A DNA stretch of 64,000 bases, from contig CAWGBN010000007.1 of the NCBI GenBank assembly GCA_963820825.1, positions 224,001 to 288,000 of the forward strand, written 5' to 3'. The position numbers and the translations under genes are program-made. This document shows, piece by piece, positions 47,128 to 55,779 of the stretch; position 1 is the stretch's first letter; each line of letters begins with the position of its first letter. The notes beneath the pieces were generated by a model. It was not told the DNA's origin, ran no database searches, and saw nothing but the letters and a program-made list of their open reading frames with translations. Source of the DNA: Vulcanimicrobiota bacterium. GTDB taxonomy: Bacteria; Vulcanimicrobiota; Vulcanimicrobiia; Vulcanimicrobiales; Vulcanimicrobiaceae.

Positions 47128-48319
47128 CGCGCTCACCTCGCCCCCGGCGCAGACGCACGAGCTCTACGCGCGGCTCGCCGCGCTCGATGAAACGCTGGTC
47201 GACGCACGAGCGCGAGCCGACGCACTCGATCGTTTCTTCGCGCTGCCGAGCGGTCGTGAAAAGCCCGGACGCTTTTGGCGCGTCGATTTCGAATCGATCG
47301 TTCCCGAAGCCACGGCGACCGACCCCGCTGCGGCCGAGATCGGCGTCGAGTATCGCGATGCGGCCGTCATTGCCTGCGATCTCGCGACCGCCGCACGCAA
47401 GTATCCCGAACTCCTCGCCCGCGCCTTCGGCACGAGCGGAATCGCCGCGAGCAAGTTCGGTGCGCTCGCGTACGCCTTTGCCGGACGCGGGATCTTCGTG
47501 TACGTTCCGGCCGACCACGCCTGCGACGAACCGATCGTCGCGCGCTACCACGCGCCGGCCGGCGTCGCGATCTTTCCCTGGAGCGTCGTGCTCGCGGAAC
47601 GCGGGGCGCGGATCACGTTCGTCGAGCGAATCACCGCCGACGCCGGCGCCTTCGTCTGCGGGGCAACCGAGATCGTCGGCGCGGAGCACTCCGACGTCAC
47701 CTGCGCGGTGCTGCAAGATGCACATTCGGAGGCGCGCGTGATTGTAAACCGCGTCGCCCGCCCCGGCCGCGACGCGCGAATCGCGTGGTGCATCGCCGAG
47801 CTCGGAGGCGCGCTTGCCGCCGGCGATCTGCGCGTCTCGATCGAAGAACCGGGCGCGGACGCGCGCGCGACGGCGCTCTTCTTCCCGCGCGGAACGCAGC
47901 ACGTCGACGTGATCAGCAGCATGGATCACCTGGCGGGCGAAGCGACTTCGGAGACGCTGGTCAAATCGGCCGCCCGCGAGCGCGGCCAAGCGCGATTCCT
48001 CGGAAATATCCGCATCGCGCCGCACGCACAGGGCAGCGACGCGCGCCTGCGCGACGACGCGCTGCTGCTCTCGGCGACCGCGCACGTCGACTCGATTCCG
48101 GCGCTGGAGATCGGCGCGAATGACGTGAAGGCCTACCACGGCGCCACGGTCGGAGCGATCGACGCCGAGCAAATCTTCTACATGGAGAGCCGCGGCATCG
48201 AACGCGCCGCTGCCGAAGAGATGATCGCGCTGGGATTCTTCGAGCCGGCGATCGAACGCTTTCCGACGAGCGGCCTTCGCGACGAAATTCGCGCCGCGCT
48301 TGCGGCAAAGCTCGCCTGA
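47120..48319 (+). CDS. sufD: Fe-S assembly protein SufD
   Basis: Beta-helix region; IPALEIGANDVKAYHGATVG..EQIFYMESRGI C-terminus; 399 aa. Confidence 0.88.
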
Positions 48320-49560
48320 TGCTGGCCATCGACCGCAAGACCGAACGGATCGTTGCGGATTTTCCCATCCTCGCGCGGCCCACGTCGCGCGGAAAACGCC
48401 TCGTCTATCTCGACTCGGCGGCGACCTCGCAAAAACCCCGCGTCGTCATTCAAGCGCTGGTCGATTACTACGAACAGTACAATGCCAACATTCATCGCGG
48501 CGTCTACGAAATCGCCGCGCGCGCAACCGCCGAGTTCGAAGCGGCCCGGGTGAAGGTCGCGGGCTTTATCGGCGCTGAGGTTCCGGAGATCGTTTGGGTC
48601 CGCAATACCACCGAAGCGATCAATCTCGTCGCCTATTCGTGGGGTAATACCAATATTCGCCGGGGCGACGCGATTCTGCTCACCGAGCTCGAGCATCACT
48701 CCGATCTGGTGCCCTGGCAACTGCTGTCGCAGCGCACCGGCGCCGAGCTGCGCTTCATTCCCGTCGACGACCGCGGGCTGTACGTGCTCGACGACCTCGA
48801 CGCGCTGCTCGACGGCTGCAGGCTCGTCGCCTGCGCGCACGTCAGCAACACCCTCGGCACGATTATGCCGCTCGAGACGATCGTGCCGCGCGCGCACGCC
48901 GCCGGCGCGGTCGTATTGGTCGACGGCGCCCAAGGTGCGCCGCACCTGCCGGTCGACGTGAAAGCACTCGACGTGGATTTTTATACCTTTAGCGGACACA
49001 AGATGCTGGGACCGACGGGCATCGGCGCGCTCTACGGAAAGCACGCGCTGCTCGAAGCGATGCCGCCCTTCTTCTCAGGCGGCGACATGATTCGCCGAGT
49101 CGAGTACGATCGAACGACGTTCAACGATCCGCCGAGACGGTTTGAGGCCGGAACGAGCAACATCGCCGATGCGATCGCCTTCGGCGTCGCCATCGAGTAC
49201 CTCGAAGGCGTCGGCATGGATTGGGTTCGCGACCACGAGCGCCGGCTGACCGCATACGCGCTCGAGCGGCTCGCGCAGTTCGAATCGCGCGGGCTAGCGA
49301 TTTACGGGCCGCGCGATCCGGAGCTGATCTCGGGCGTCATCTCCTTCAACCTCGCCGACGTCCACGCGCACGATCTTGCCTCCATCTTGGATACCGAGGG
49401 CGTCTGCATCCGTGCCGGCCATCACTGCACGATGCCGCTCATGGAGAAAATGGGCTGGGCCGCGACCGCGCGCGCGTCGTTCTACATCTACAATACCGAG
49501 GCCGATATCGACGTACTCTGCACCGGTCTCGAAAAGGCCGCGCGTCTTTTCAAGATCTAG
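48319..49560 (+). CDS. sufS: Cysteine desulfurase SufS
   Basis: YLDSAATSQKP, SGHKMLGPTG, EAGT and RAGHHC motifs. Confidence 0.96.
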   Translation: MLAIDRKTERIVADFPILARPTSRGKRLVYLDSAATSQKPRVVIQALVDYYEQYNANIHRGVYEIAARATAEFEAARVKVAGFIGAEVPEIVWVRNTTEAINLVAYSWGNTNIRRGDAILLTELEHHSDLVPWQLLSQRTGAELRFIPVDDRGLYVLDDLDALLDGCRLVACAHVSNTLGTIMPLETIVPRAHAAGAVVLVDGAQGAPHLPVDVKALDVDFYTFSGHKMLGPTGIGALYGKHALLEAMPPFFSGGDMIRRVEYDRTTFNDPPRRFEAGTSNIADAIAFGVAIEYLEGVGMDWVRDHERRLTAYALERLAQFESRGLAIYGPRDPELISGVISFNLADVHAHDLASILDTEGVCIRAGHHCTMPLMEKMGWAATARASFYIYNTEADIDVLCTGLEKAARLFKI

Positions 49561-49571
49561 CGGCGGTCACT

Positions 49572-49961
49572 GTGGACGACTTCTACCGCGATTACATCCT
49601 CGAACACTATCGCCACCCGCACAACTTCGGAACCCTCGAGCGTCCCGACGCGGCGGCAGAGGATATCAACCCGCTCTGCGGCGATCAGATCCGCATGGAG
49701 CTCAAACTCGACGACGGCGTAGTGAGCGACGTACGCTTCTCCGGCAAAGGCTGCGCGATCAGTCAGGCCGCGGCGTCGATGCTTACCGAGCGGATCAAAG
49801 GCATGAGACTCGCCGACGTCGCCAAACTCTCCAAGGACGTCGTTCTCGAGGACGTCGGCATCGGGATTAGCCCCACGCGCATGAAGTGCGCGATGCTCGG
49901 TCTGCGCGTGCTCAAGAGCGCCGCGATCGGCGAGCTTGCCGGCTGGCCCGACGAGGAGTGA
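49572..49961 (+). CDS. sufU: SufU/IscU-type scaffold / sulfur acceptor
   Basis: YRDYILEHY..P.NFG, NPLCGD, GCAISQA and RMKCA (all three Cys); GTG start. Confidence 0.9.
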   Translation: MDDFYRDYILEHYRHPHNFGTLERPDAAAEDINPLCGDQIRMELKLDDGVVSDVRFSGKGCAISQAAASMLTERIKGMRLADVAKLSKDVVLEDVGIGISPTRMKCAMLGLRVLKSAAIGELAGWPDEE

Positions 49962-50293
49962 AACCGCACGTCAAGCCGACAAGTTGGGAGGCGCTCGCGG
50001 CCGAGCCTGAGTTTCGCGCCCTCCTTCGCGCGCGCCGCCGCTTCGTAATGCCGGCAACGATCTTCTTCGTCGTCTACTATCTGGCGCTGCCGATTTCGGT
50101 AGGGTTCTGGCCGGCGGCGATGAGCCGCCCCGTTCTCGGCCCGGTGACCGCCGCTTATTGCTTCGCGCTCTCACAGTTCGCGATGGCCTGGATACTCCTC
50201 GCGCTCTACCTGCGCCGCGCGCGCCGCTTCGACATCGCTGCGGCCCAAATGCGCCGGCGCGAGACGCACGAGCTGCTCGAGGCCGAACGTTGA
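49958..50293 (+). CDS. DUF485 (YjcH-like) membrane protein
   Basis: PEFRALLRARRRF, two TMs, QF..W..YLRRARRFD; directly upstream of actP. Confidence 0.88.
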   Translation: MKPHVKPTSWEALAAEPEFRALLRARRRFVMPATIFFVVYYLALPISVGFWPAAMSRPVLGPVTAAYCFALSQFAMAWILLALYLRRARRFDIAAAQMRRRETHELLEAER

Positions 50294-51918
50294 CCGCACA
50301 ACCCTCGCTTGCGATGTTCGCGGTCTTCGTCGGGATCACGCTGGTGGTCACGTACTGGGCATCGGGGAAGAGTCAGACGAGCCGCGGGTTCTACGCCGCG
50401 CATCGACGCATCGGCGGCCTGCAGAACGGCTGGGCTATCGCCGGCGACTACGTCTCGGCCGCATCGTTTCTCGGCATCACCGGGCTCGTTGCGTTCTACG
50501 GCTTCGACGGATTCATGTATTCGGTGGGATGGCTGGTCGCCTATCTCGCGGTCCTATTTCTGGTCGCGGAGCCGCTGCGCAATACCGGCAAATATACGGT
50601 CGCCGATCTCATGTCGTTCCGCTTGCGCGGTCGCGGCGTACGCGCGATTGCGGCGCTCTCCACCCTCGCGATCACGCTCTTCTATTTGATCGCGCAGATG
50701 GTCGGGGTGAGCGCGATCGTCAACCTGTTGCTGCCGCGCTTCGGCGACATCTTTGCGATCTTCGCGGTCGGCGTGCTGATGCTCGTCTACGTGCTCTTCG
50801 GCGGTATGCTCGCCACAACGTGGGTGCAGATCATCAAGGCCGGACTCTTGCTGCTGACGGCCATCGGCCTCTCGCTGCTCGCGGTCGGACACTTCCAGTT
50901 CTCGCTGGGCGCGTTCTTCAACGCGGCCTCAGCCGTATCGTCCGGCGGTAGCGCCGCAAATCTGCTCCAGCCCGGCCTGCTCTTTCACGGGCCGCTCGGC
51001 GCGTGGAATCTCATCTCACTCGGGCTCGCGCTCGTGCTCGGCACGGCCGGACTGCCGCACATCTTGATGCGCTTCTTTACCGTGCCGTCTGCGCGGGCCG
51101 CGCGAACCTCGGTGGCATGGGCGATGGTGCTCGTCGGCGTCTTCTATCTCACGGTGTCGTTCATGGGTCTCGGTGCCGCGACGATCGTCGGCAAGGATCA
51201 CATCGGACGCCGCCTGGATGCCGGTCCGGCGATCCGTTACATTGCAAATCACCCGCAGCAGCAGCAAGTGCTCAACACCCAGCTCAAGCGCGACGGCTAC
51301 ATCGTGCCGACGCCCGACAGCAATCTCGCCGCGCCGCTGCTCGCCCAGCAGCTCGGAGGCTCGCTGCTGGCCGCGTTCGTCGCCGCCGTCGCGTTCGCGA
51401 CGATCCTTGCCGTCGTCGCCGGACTAACCATTACGGCGTCATCGGCCTTCGCGCACGATATCTGGTTCAGCCTCGTGCGAAACGGCCACGGCGACGAGAC
51501 GGAGCATCTCTTCGTGGCGCGCGGCACCGCGCTCGTCGTTGGGGCGCTCGCCATCACGCTCTCGATCGCGCTGCGCGGATTTAACGTCGCCTTCCTGGTG
51601 GGCCTCGCCTTCGCGGTGGCGGCCAGCGCCAACGTTCCGGTGATTCTGCTCGTCCTCTCGTGGCGCCGTTTCACGCGAACCGGCGCGATTGCCGGAATGC
51701 TCGCCGGGCTCGTCTCCTCGCTGCTGCTCATCGCGATCAGCCCGGTGCTGATGGGAACTCACGCGATCTTCCCGCTCGAAAATCCCGGCATCGTCTCGAT
51801 ACCGATCGGCTTGGCCGGCGCGATACTTGGAACGCTCCTCGCCCGCGATCGCGACTCCGAAGCAATGTTCGATCAGCTGCAAGTGCGCTCGGTCACCGGC
51901 ATCGGCGCCGAGGTATAA
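50290..51918 (+). CDS. actP: Cation/acetate symporter (SSS family)
   Basis: QNGWAIAGDYVSAASFLG, GGMLATTWVQ, GTAGLPHILMRFFTVP and AFATILAVVAGL motifs; start approximate. Confidence 0.92.
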   Translation: MTAQPSLAMFAVFVGITLVVTYWASGKSQTSRGFYAAHRRIGGLQNGWAIAGDYVSAASFLGITGLVAFYGFDGFMYSVGWLVAYLAVLFLVAEPLRNTGKYTVADLMSFRLRGRGVRAIAALSTLAITLFYLIAQMVGVSAIVNLLLPRFGDIFAIFAVGVLMLVYVLFGGMLATTWVQIIKAGLLLLTAIGLSLLAVGHFQFSLGAFFNAASAVSSGGSAANLLQPGLLFHGPLGAWNLISLGLALVLGTAGLPHILMRFFTVPSARAARTSVAWAMVLVGVFYLTVSFMGLGAATIVGKDHIGRRLDAGPAIRYIANHPQQQQVLNTQLKRDGYIVPTPDSNLAAPLLAQQLGGSLLAAFVAAVAFATILAVVAGLTITASSAFAHDIWFSLVRNGHGDETEHLFVARGTALVVGALAITLSIALRGFNVAFLVGLAFAVAASANVPVILLVLSWRRFTRTGAIAGMLAGLVSSLLLIAISPVLMGTHAIFPLENPGIVSIPIGLAGAILGTLLARDRDSEAMFDQLQVRSVTGIGAEV

Positions 51919-51922
51919 ACAC

Positions 51923-52024
51923 AAAAGGCTCCGATTTCGTTCAGATCGAGGGGCCGAGGGTTGAAGTTTACTAAGGTAAATGAGACCCGAGGTGACGAGG
52001 AGCTGAGCGAAATCCGAGGCTTTT
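51923..52024 (+). other. Long imperfect hairpin filling the convergent intergenic region (terminator or structured RNA)
   Basis: 22-nt arms AAAAGGCTCCGATTTCGTTCAG / CTGAGCGAAATCCGAGGCTTTT plus an apical stem. Confidence 0.6.
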
Positions 52025-52784
52025 ATTGCGGCTTGATGGAGTAGTGGTCGGTAATCTGTAATCCCGACGGGCTCGATTCGACGGTGAACGTTACGTAGTA
52101 CTCGCCGCTGGTCGTTTGCACGTCGGCCGTCACTTGGTACTGCTGAGATCCGACTTTGGCCGATCGCAACGATTGGATCTGCGCCTGCTGGTTCATGAAA
52201 CTCTCGCTCGGGGATCCATGCGCGAGATAGGTTGACGCGGTTGCGCGGTCGCCGCGCGCCAGCGCGTGCAGGTACGAGCGGACGAGTGCGGTCGCCTGGT
52301 CTTCGCTCCGCGCCGCTACGGTGCTCGCCGGGGCCGGCGTCCTCGCCGGCGGGGCGGGCGTTTTCGCCGGCGGCGCAGTCGCGGCCACGTGCACCGGCGT
52401 TGCGCTGCTCGCGGGCGAAGGCCGCACGGCGGCCGAGATGGTGGGCGCTACGCTTGGAGTCGCGGCCGGCCTCGCGCTAGGCGTCACGCTCGGCATTGTG
52501 CTCGGCGTCGCGCTGGGTGTTACCGTCGGCGCCGGCTTCGCCGTGCGCGACGGCGTCGGTGCCAGGGTCGGCGCGGACGCGACGTACGGCGTCTCGGTGG
52601 GTGAGGGCATCGCTGCCGCGACGGGCGGCGGCGAGGCCGCCGGCGTCGTGTTACCCCCGAAGAAGTGCGCGAGCGCGCCGCCGAGGAGCAGTCCAGCCAA
52701 GATAACGACGATGACGAGCGGAACGAGCGGAAGTCCGCCTCGGGAATCGTCGTCGGATCGACGACGCCGGCGTTGATCGCTCAG
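52023..52784 (-). CDS. Membrane-anchored Pro/Thr/Ala-rich protein with small C-terminal domain
   Basis: Frame extends upstream of the TTG at 52700 as LSDQRRRRRSDDDSRGGLPLVPLVIVVILAG (CTG at 52784), giving a complete TM anchor. Confidence 0.65.
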   Translation of the reverse strand: MSDQRRRRRSDDDSRGGLPLVPLVIVVILAGLLLGGALAHFFGGNTTPAASPPPVAAAMPSPTETPYVASAPTLAPTPSRTAKPAPTVTPSATPSTMPSVTPSARPAATPSVAPTISAAVRPSPASSATPVHVAATAPPAKTPAPPARTPAPASTVAARSEDQATALVRSYLHALARGDRATASTYLAHGSPSESFMNQQAQIQSLRSAKVGSQQYQVTADVQTTSGEYYVTFTVESSPSGLQITDHYSIKPQ

Positions 52785-52794
52785 GTCGACACCG

Positions 52795-53193
52795 CTATTG
52801 CAGCGTGCGCGTCAAGCGCTCCGCCAGGGCTTCGCGAAGTGTCGGGGGCAGTGCGGCGACGACGTCGGGACGCTGCTGGACGAAGGTCGCCGTCGCTTCC
52901 TTGAGGATATCGGGATTCGTGCGAGCGTACGCGAGCAGCGCGCCGAGCGCGCCGGCTTCGTGCCGGGAGATTCCGTCGAGCGTGGTGCCTGCGCCCTCCG
53001 CGGCGTCCTCGGACGATTCGCCCCGATCGCGAAACGCCTCAAAGAGCGCGCCGACAAACGCGTCGACGATCTCCGACGGCATCGCCGAAAGCTCGCGTTC
53101 GTAGAAGGCGGCGAGATCGGTCTCGTCCATCTTCGCGAGAAGCTTCTCGACTGCACCGGCCAACATGTCGGGCGGTACGTTCCCGAAGGACAT
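52795..53193 (-). CDS. Hypothetical helical protein
   Basis: Protein-like ORF MSFGNVPPDMLAGAVEKLLAKM...; no family recognised. Confidence 0.65.
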   Translation of the reverse strand: MSFGNVPPDMLAGAVEKLLAKMDETDLAAFYERELSAMPSEIVDAFVGALFEAFRDRGESSEDAAEGAGTTLDGISRHEAGALGALLAYARTNPDILKEATATFVQQRPDVVAALPPTLREALAERLTRTLQ

Positions 53194-53254
53194 TGGCCCA
53201 ACCATTTATCCCCGGCGGCAGGCAGCTCCTCGATGCGGCAGAAAAAGTCACTCG

Positions 53255-53572
53255 ATGATCCGCGTGAAGGTGCCGGTGGACCTGCACGCCGTCTCGATCG
53301 GCGGCTCGGGCGTCTTCGCGCTCGCGACACCGGTGCGCGTCCGCGACCTGCTGCACTTTGCCGTTCGCGAGTCAATCGGCTCGCGGGCACCATATGATAA
53401 ATTCTTACGAAGCGTCCGCCGCACGCTTGCCGGGCTCGCGGCCGGAGACTTCATCGTCGACATTAACGGCCGCTACTTCTCCGATGCCGAGACGGTCGTC
53501 GTGTGCGAGGGAACGGCCGATATACGCTTCTTCTTGACGACGCGGCGTCGTCCGGCGCTCCGCCGACGGTAA
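53255..53572 (+). CDS. Small hypothetical protein, possible beta-grasp (ubiquitin-like) fold
   Basis: MIRVKV...VRVRDLL...FIVDINGRYF..ETVV..GTADIRFF strand/helix pattern. Confidence 0.5.
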   Translation: MIRVKVPVDLHAVSIGGSGVFALATPVRVRDLLHFAVRESIGSRAPYDKFLRSVRRTLAGLAAGDFIVDINGRYFSDAETVVVCEGTADIRFFLTTRRRPALRRR

Positions 53573-53642
53573 TGCTCGTAGCCCGCTCTTGCAACGGGTG
53601 ATACTGTAGAAGAAAAGATTCGCGCAAGAAACGGAGCTCACA

Positions 53643-54428
53643 ATCAAACTCGCCGTCGCCCTGGTTGCCGTGTTTTTGTCGGTGGCCGGAACGGCTTCTG
53701 CCGACGTGCGGTACGCGACGTCCGGTGAAGACCTTTATCGCATTCAAGCCGCCGGTACGTTCTCGAAGGTTACCTACGCCGGCACCGAGCGGCTCGACGT
53801 TCAACCGCAGGGCAAGGCTTGGCGCTTTGAAGCGCGGGCCCGCTATACGCGCGATGGGCCCGATGGGAAGGAGCACGCCCAGGCGCGCTTCGTCCAGCTC
53901 CTCGCGCCCGACGGCACGTTCGAGGACCGCGTCGACGACGACCCCGACTTCCTAACGATTCTCAACCAGCCGTTTGCGGTGAAGCTCGACGCACCGACGC
54001 TGCACGACCTACGAGTCCTCCACGGAGCGGTTCCCTTTTCGGCGACTTCGCCGCTGGGAGCGCAGGCCGTGCTCCGCGGATACTTGCGCCCGGCGACCGG
54101 CGGACCGATCGACGGTCGCCCGTGCGTCGCCGTGCGCTTCGAAGCCGACGGCGCGATGACGGGCCCGCTCCCCGGATACGCCGAGATGCTCGTCTCGGGC
54201 ACCATGCGGATGGATGGAACGGCGTACTACGCACTCGACGATGCGATGCTCTTGGGTTTGAACGTCGCGCTGACGCTCGACGCGCGGCTGGCCGAAGGCC
54301 GGCCCGCGGTCTCGGTACCGGTGCGTATCGTTTACCGGCGTGCGATCAGAGCGACCGCGAGCGCTAAAACGCTCCCACCAACTCCACTTGCAAAGGGTGC
54401 CGGAACGGTTCCTCCCGCATCTCCGTAA
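53643..54428 (+). CDS. Hypothetical secreted beta-rich protein
   Basis: Signal peptide (I/M)KLAVALVAVFLSVAGTASA from ATC 53643 after GGAG; first canonical start is GTG 53670. Confidence 0.65.
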   Translation: MKLAVALVAVFLSVAGTASADVRYATSGEDLYRIQAAGTFSKVTYAGTERLDVQPQGKAWRFEARARYTRDGPDGKEHAQARFVQLLAPDGTFEDRVDDDPDFLTILNQPFAVKLDAPTLHDLRVLHGAVPFSATSPLGAQAVLRGYLRPATGGPIDGRPCVAVRFEADGAMTGPLPGYAEMLVSGTMRMDGTAYYALDDAMLLGLNVALTLDARLAEGRPAVSVPVRIVYRRAIRATASAKTLPPTPLAKGAGTVPPASP

Positions 54429-54756
54429 GCGGCGTGAATGCCAGGTGGTTCTGATGGCAGTCGATGAGCATCTCGATGCCGCGCTTGACGCACCCGGTCT
54501 CCTCGACGTATTTGGTGAGCTTCTTCTTGAAGTAAGCGCGCGGGTCGCGCAGCACTTTCGCGTAGTACGGGTCGTCGGTTAAACCCGCGGGATCGACGCC
54601 TTCTTTTGGAACCAGCCACACGAACCACGGATCCTCGCTCTGCCGGTAACCGATGAGTGCGAGCGGGATCGCTCGCGCGGACTTAATGTCCGGTAAAAAA
54701 CTACACATCGTGTAGGCATCTAGCGAGATCTCCGTAGGCTCGATCGCTTGCTGCAT
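54364..54756 (-). CDS. Hypothetical protein
   Basis: AAAGG RBS about 9 nt upstream of ATG 54756; MQQAIEPTEISLDAYTMCSFLPDIK...; no family recognised. Confidence 0.65.
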   Translation of the reverse strand: MQQAIEPTEISLDAYTMCSFLPDIKSARAIPLALIGYRQSEDPWFVWLVPKEGVDPAGLTDDPYYAKVLRDPRAYFKKKLTKYVEETGCVKRGIEMLIDCHQNHLAFTPLTEMREEPFRHPLQVELVGAF

Positions 54757-54788
54757 AGACCGCACCTTTCATTCCATCAGACGAGCGC

Positions 54789-54823
54789 AAAGAAAAACCG
54801 CTTGACTCTTACGAGCGAAGCGG
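54789..54823 (-). terminator. Intrinsic terminator in the leader of the 54756 gene
   Basis: Minus strand CCGCTT-CG-CTC-GTAA-GAG-TC-AAGCGG followed by TTTTTCTTT. Confidence 0.6.
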
Positions 54824-54912
54824 CTTCACGGTACCGGCGGGCGAGGGGCCCTGAGCGAGAGCGGCATGCCGACCGATTAGGAACCCCCGGCTAAACCCCT
54901 TCACCCCATTGG

Positions 54913-55023
54913 TGTCATCCTTGAGCGCAGCGAGCAAAGCGAGCGGAGTCGAGGGGCTGAGCGCAGCGCCGCCCTACTCTTTGTCATCCTGAGCGAAGCG
55001 CCCTAGGCGCGGAGTCGAAGGGC
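54913..55023 (+). repeat. Two tandem REP-like elements
   Basis: TGTCATCCTTGAGCGCAGCG...GCGGAGTCGAGGG (54913-54956) and TGTCATCCTGAGCGAAGCG...GCGGAGTCGAAGGG (54982-55022); AAGGATGACA remnant also at 18680-18689. Confidence 0.7.
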
Positions 55024-55110
55024 GAGGGCGAAGGGCAAAGGAGCGCGGGCGGGGAGTTTTTTGGGAGAGCGTGAAACCTCGGCCCGAGCAGTGGTGGTCC
55101 GGTGCACTGT

Positions 55111-55779
55111 ATGAGCGCGCTCGCACCACTCCTTACGGGAGTACACGTGCCAACAGCGACGACGCCCGGGCGGACCGCGGCGACGCGGGCCCCGGCCGAT
55201 TCCACACCGAGCGTAGCGAACTTCGACCGGATCGTCGACGATTACCAGCGCCGCCTCTACGGTTTCGCGCTGCGAATGACCGGAAATCGCGAGGACGCCG
55301 AAGAGATCGTGCAGGACGCCTTCGTGCGCGCCTACCGCGCGCTTGGAAAGATGTCCGCGGAACAACGGGTCGACCTCCGTCTGCAGCCCTGGCTCTATAC
55401 CATCACGTTGAACGTGACGCGTAACCGCTTGCGGACCAAGCGGCCGTCGAACGTGGCGCTCGACGCTCTGGCCGACCCCGACGCGCTCCTGCGCGAATCG
55501 CACGAAGGCCCGCCGCAACCCGAGGCGATCGTCGAACAGAATACCGAGATCGCGCTGGTCGAGCGAGCGCTTCTTCAGCTTCCGATGCACCTTCGAGCCG
55601 CAGCAACGCTGCGATTCATCGAAGGGCGCAGTCATCCGGAGATTGCCGAGATTCTCAACCAACCGATCGGCACGGTTAAGTCCCACGTCCATCGAGCCGT
55701 GCGCATTCTGCGGCGCATTCTCGGCCCCCAAATCGGACGTTTTGCCCCCGAAGGAGTCCCCCAACATGCGTTGTCGTGA
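55111..55779 (+). CDS. ECF-type RNA polymerase sigma factor
   Basis: Region 2 (LYGFALRMTGNREDAEEIVQDAFVRAY..PWLYTITLN) and region 4 (LP..R...LRFIEGRSHPEIAEILNQPIGTVKSHVHRA). Confidence 0.93.
   Translation: MSALAPLLTGVHVPTATTPGRTAATRAPADSTPSVANFDRIVDDYQRRLYGFALRMTGNREDAEEIVQDAFVRAYRALGKMSAEQRVDLRLQPWLYTITLNVTRNRLRTKRPSNVALDALADPDALLRESHEGPPQPEAIVEQNTEIALVERALLQLPMHLRAAATLRFIEGRSHPEIAEILNQPIGTVKSHVHRAVRILRRILGPQIGRFAPEGVPQHALS

Noticed and set aside
51923..52024. SRP (4.5S) RNA or tRNA identity for the intergenic hairpins (also 32464-32537 and 60176-60328)
   Set aside because: No CAGG..GGAA..AGCA domain IV motif, and no cloverleaf or TTCGA T-loop.
54870..54912. c-di-AMP (ydaO) riboswitch suggested by TGGGGTGAA on the minus strand
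   Set aside because: The other ydaO elements (upstream GGGGGACCC, downstream CCCGAACCCGNCAGCTAAC) are missing or out of order.
54913..55023. Mini CRISPR array
   Set aside because: Only two degenerate copies with internal variation, no regular spacer pattern and no cas genes.
55071..55100. Autoregulatory ECF promoter (GAAAC at 55073-55077)
   Set aside because: A plausible -35, but no convincing -10 element and no second copy in the window to corroborate it.
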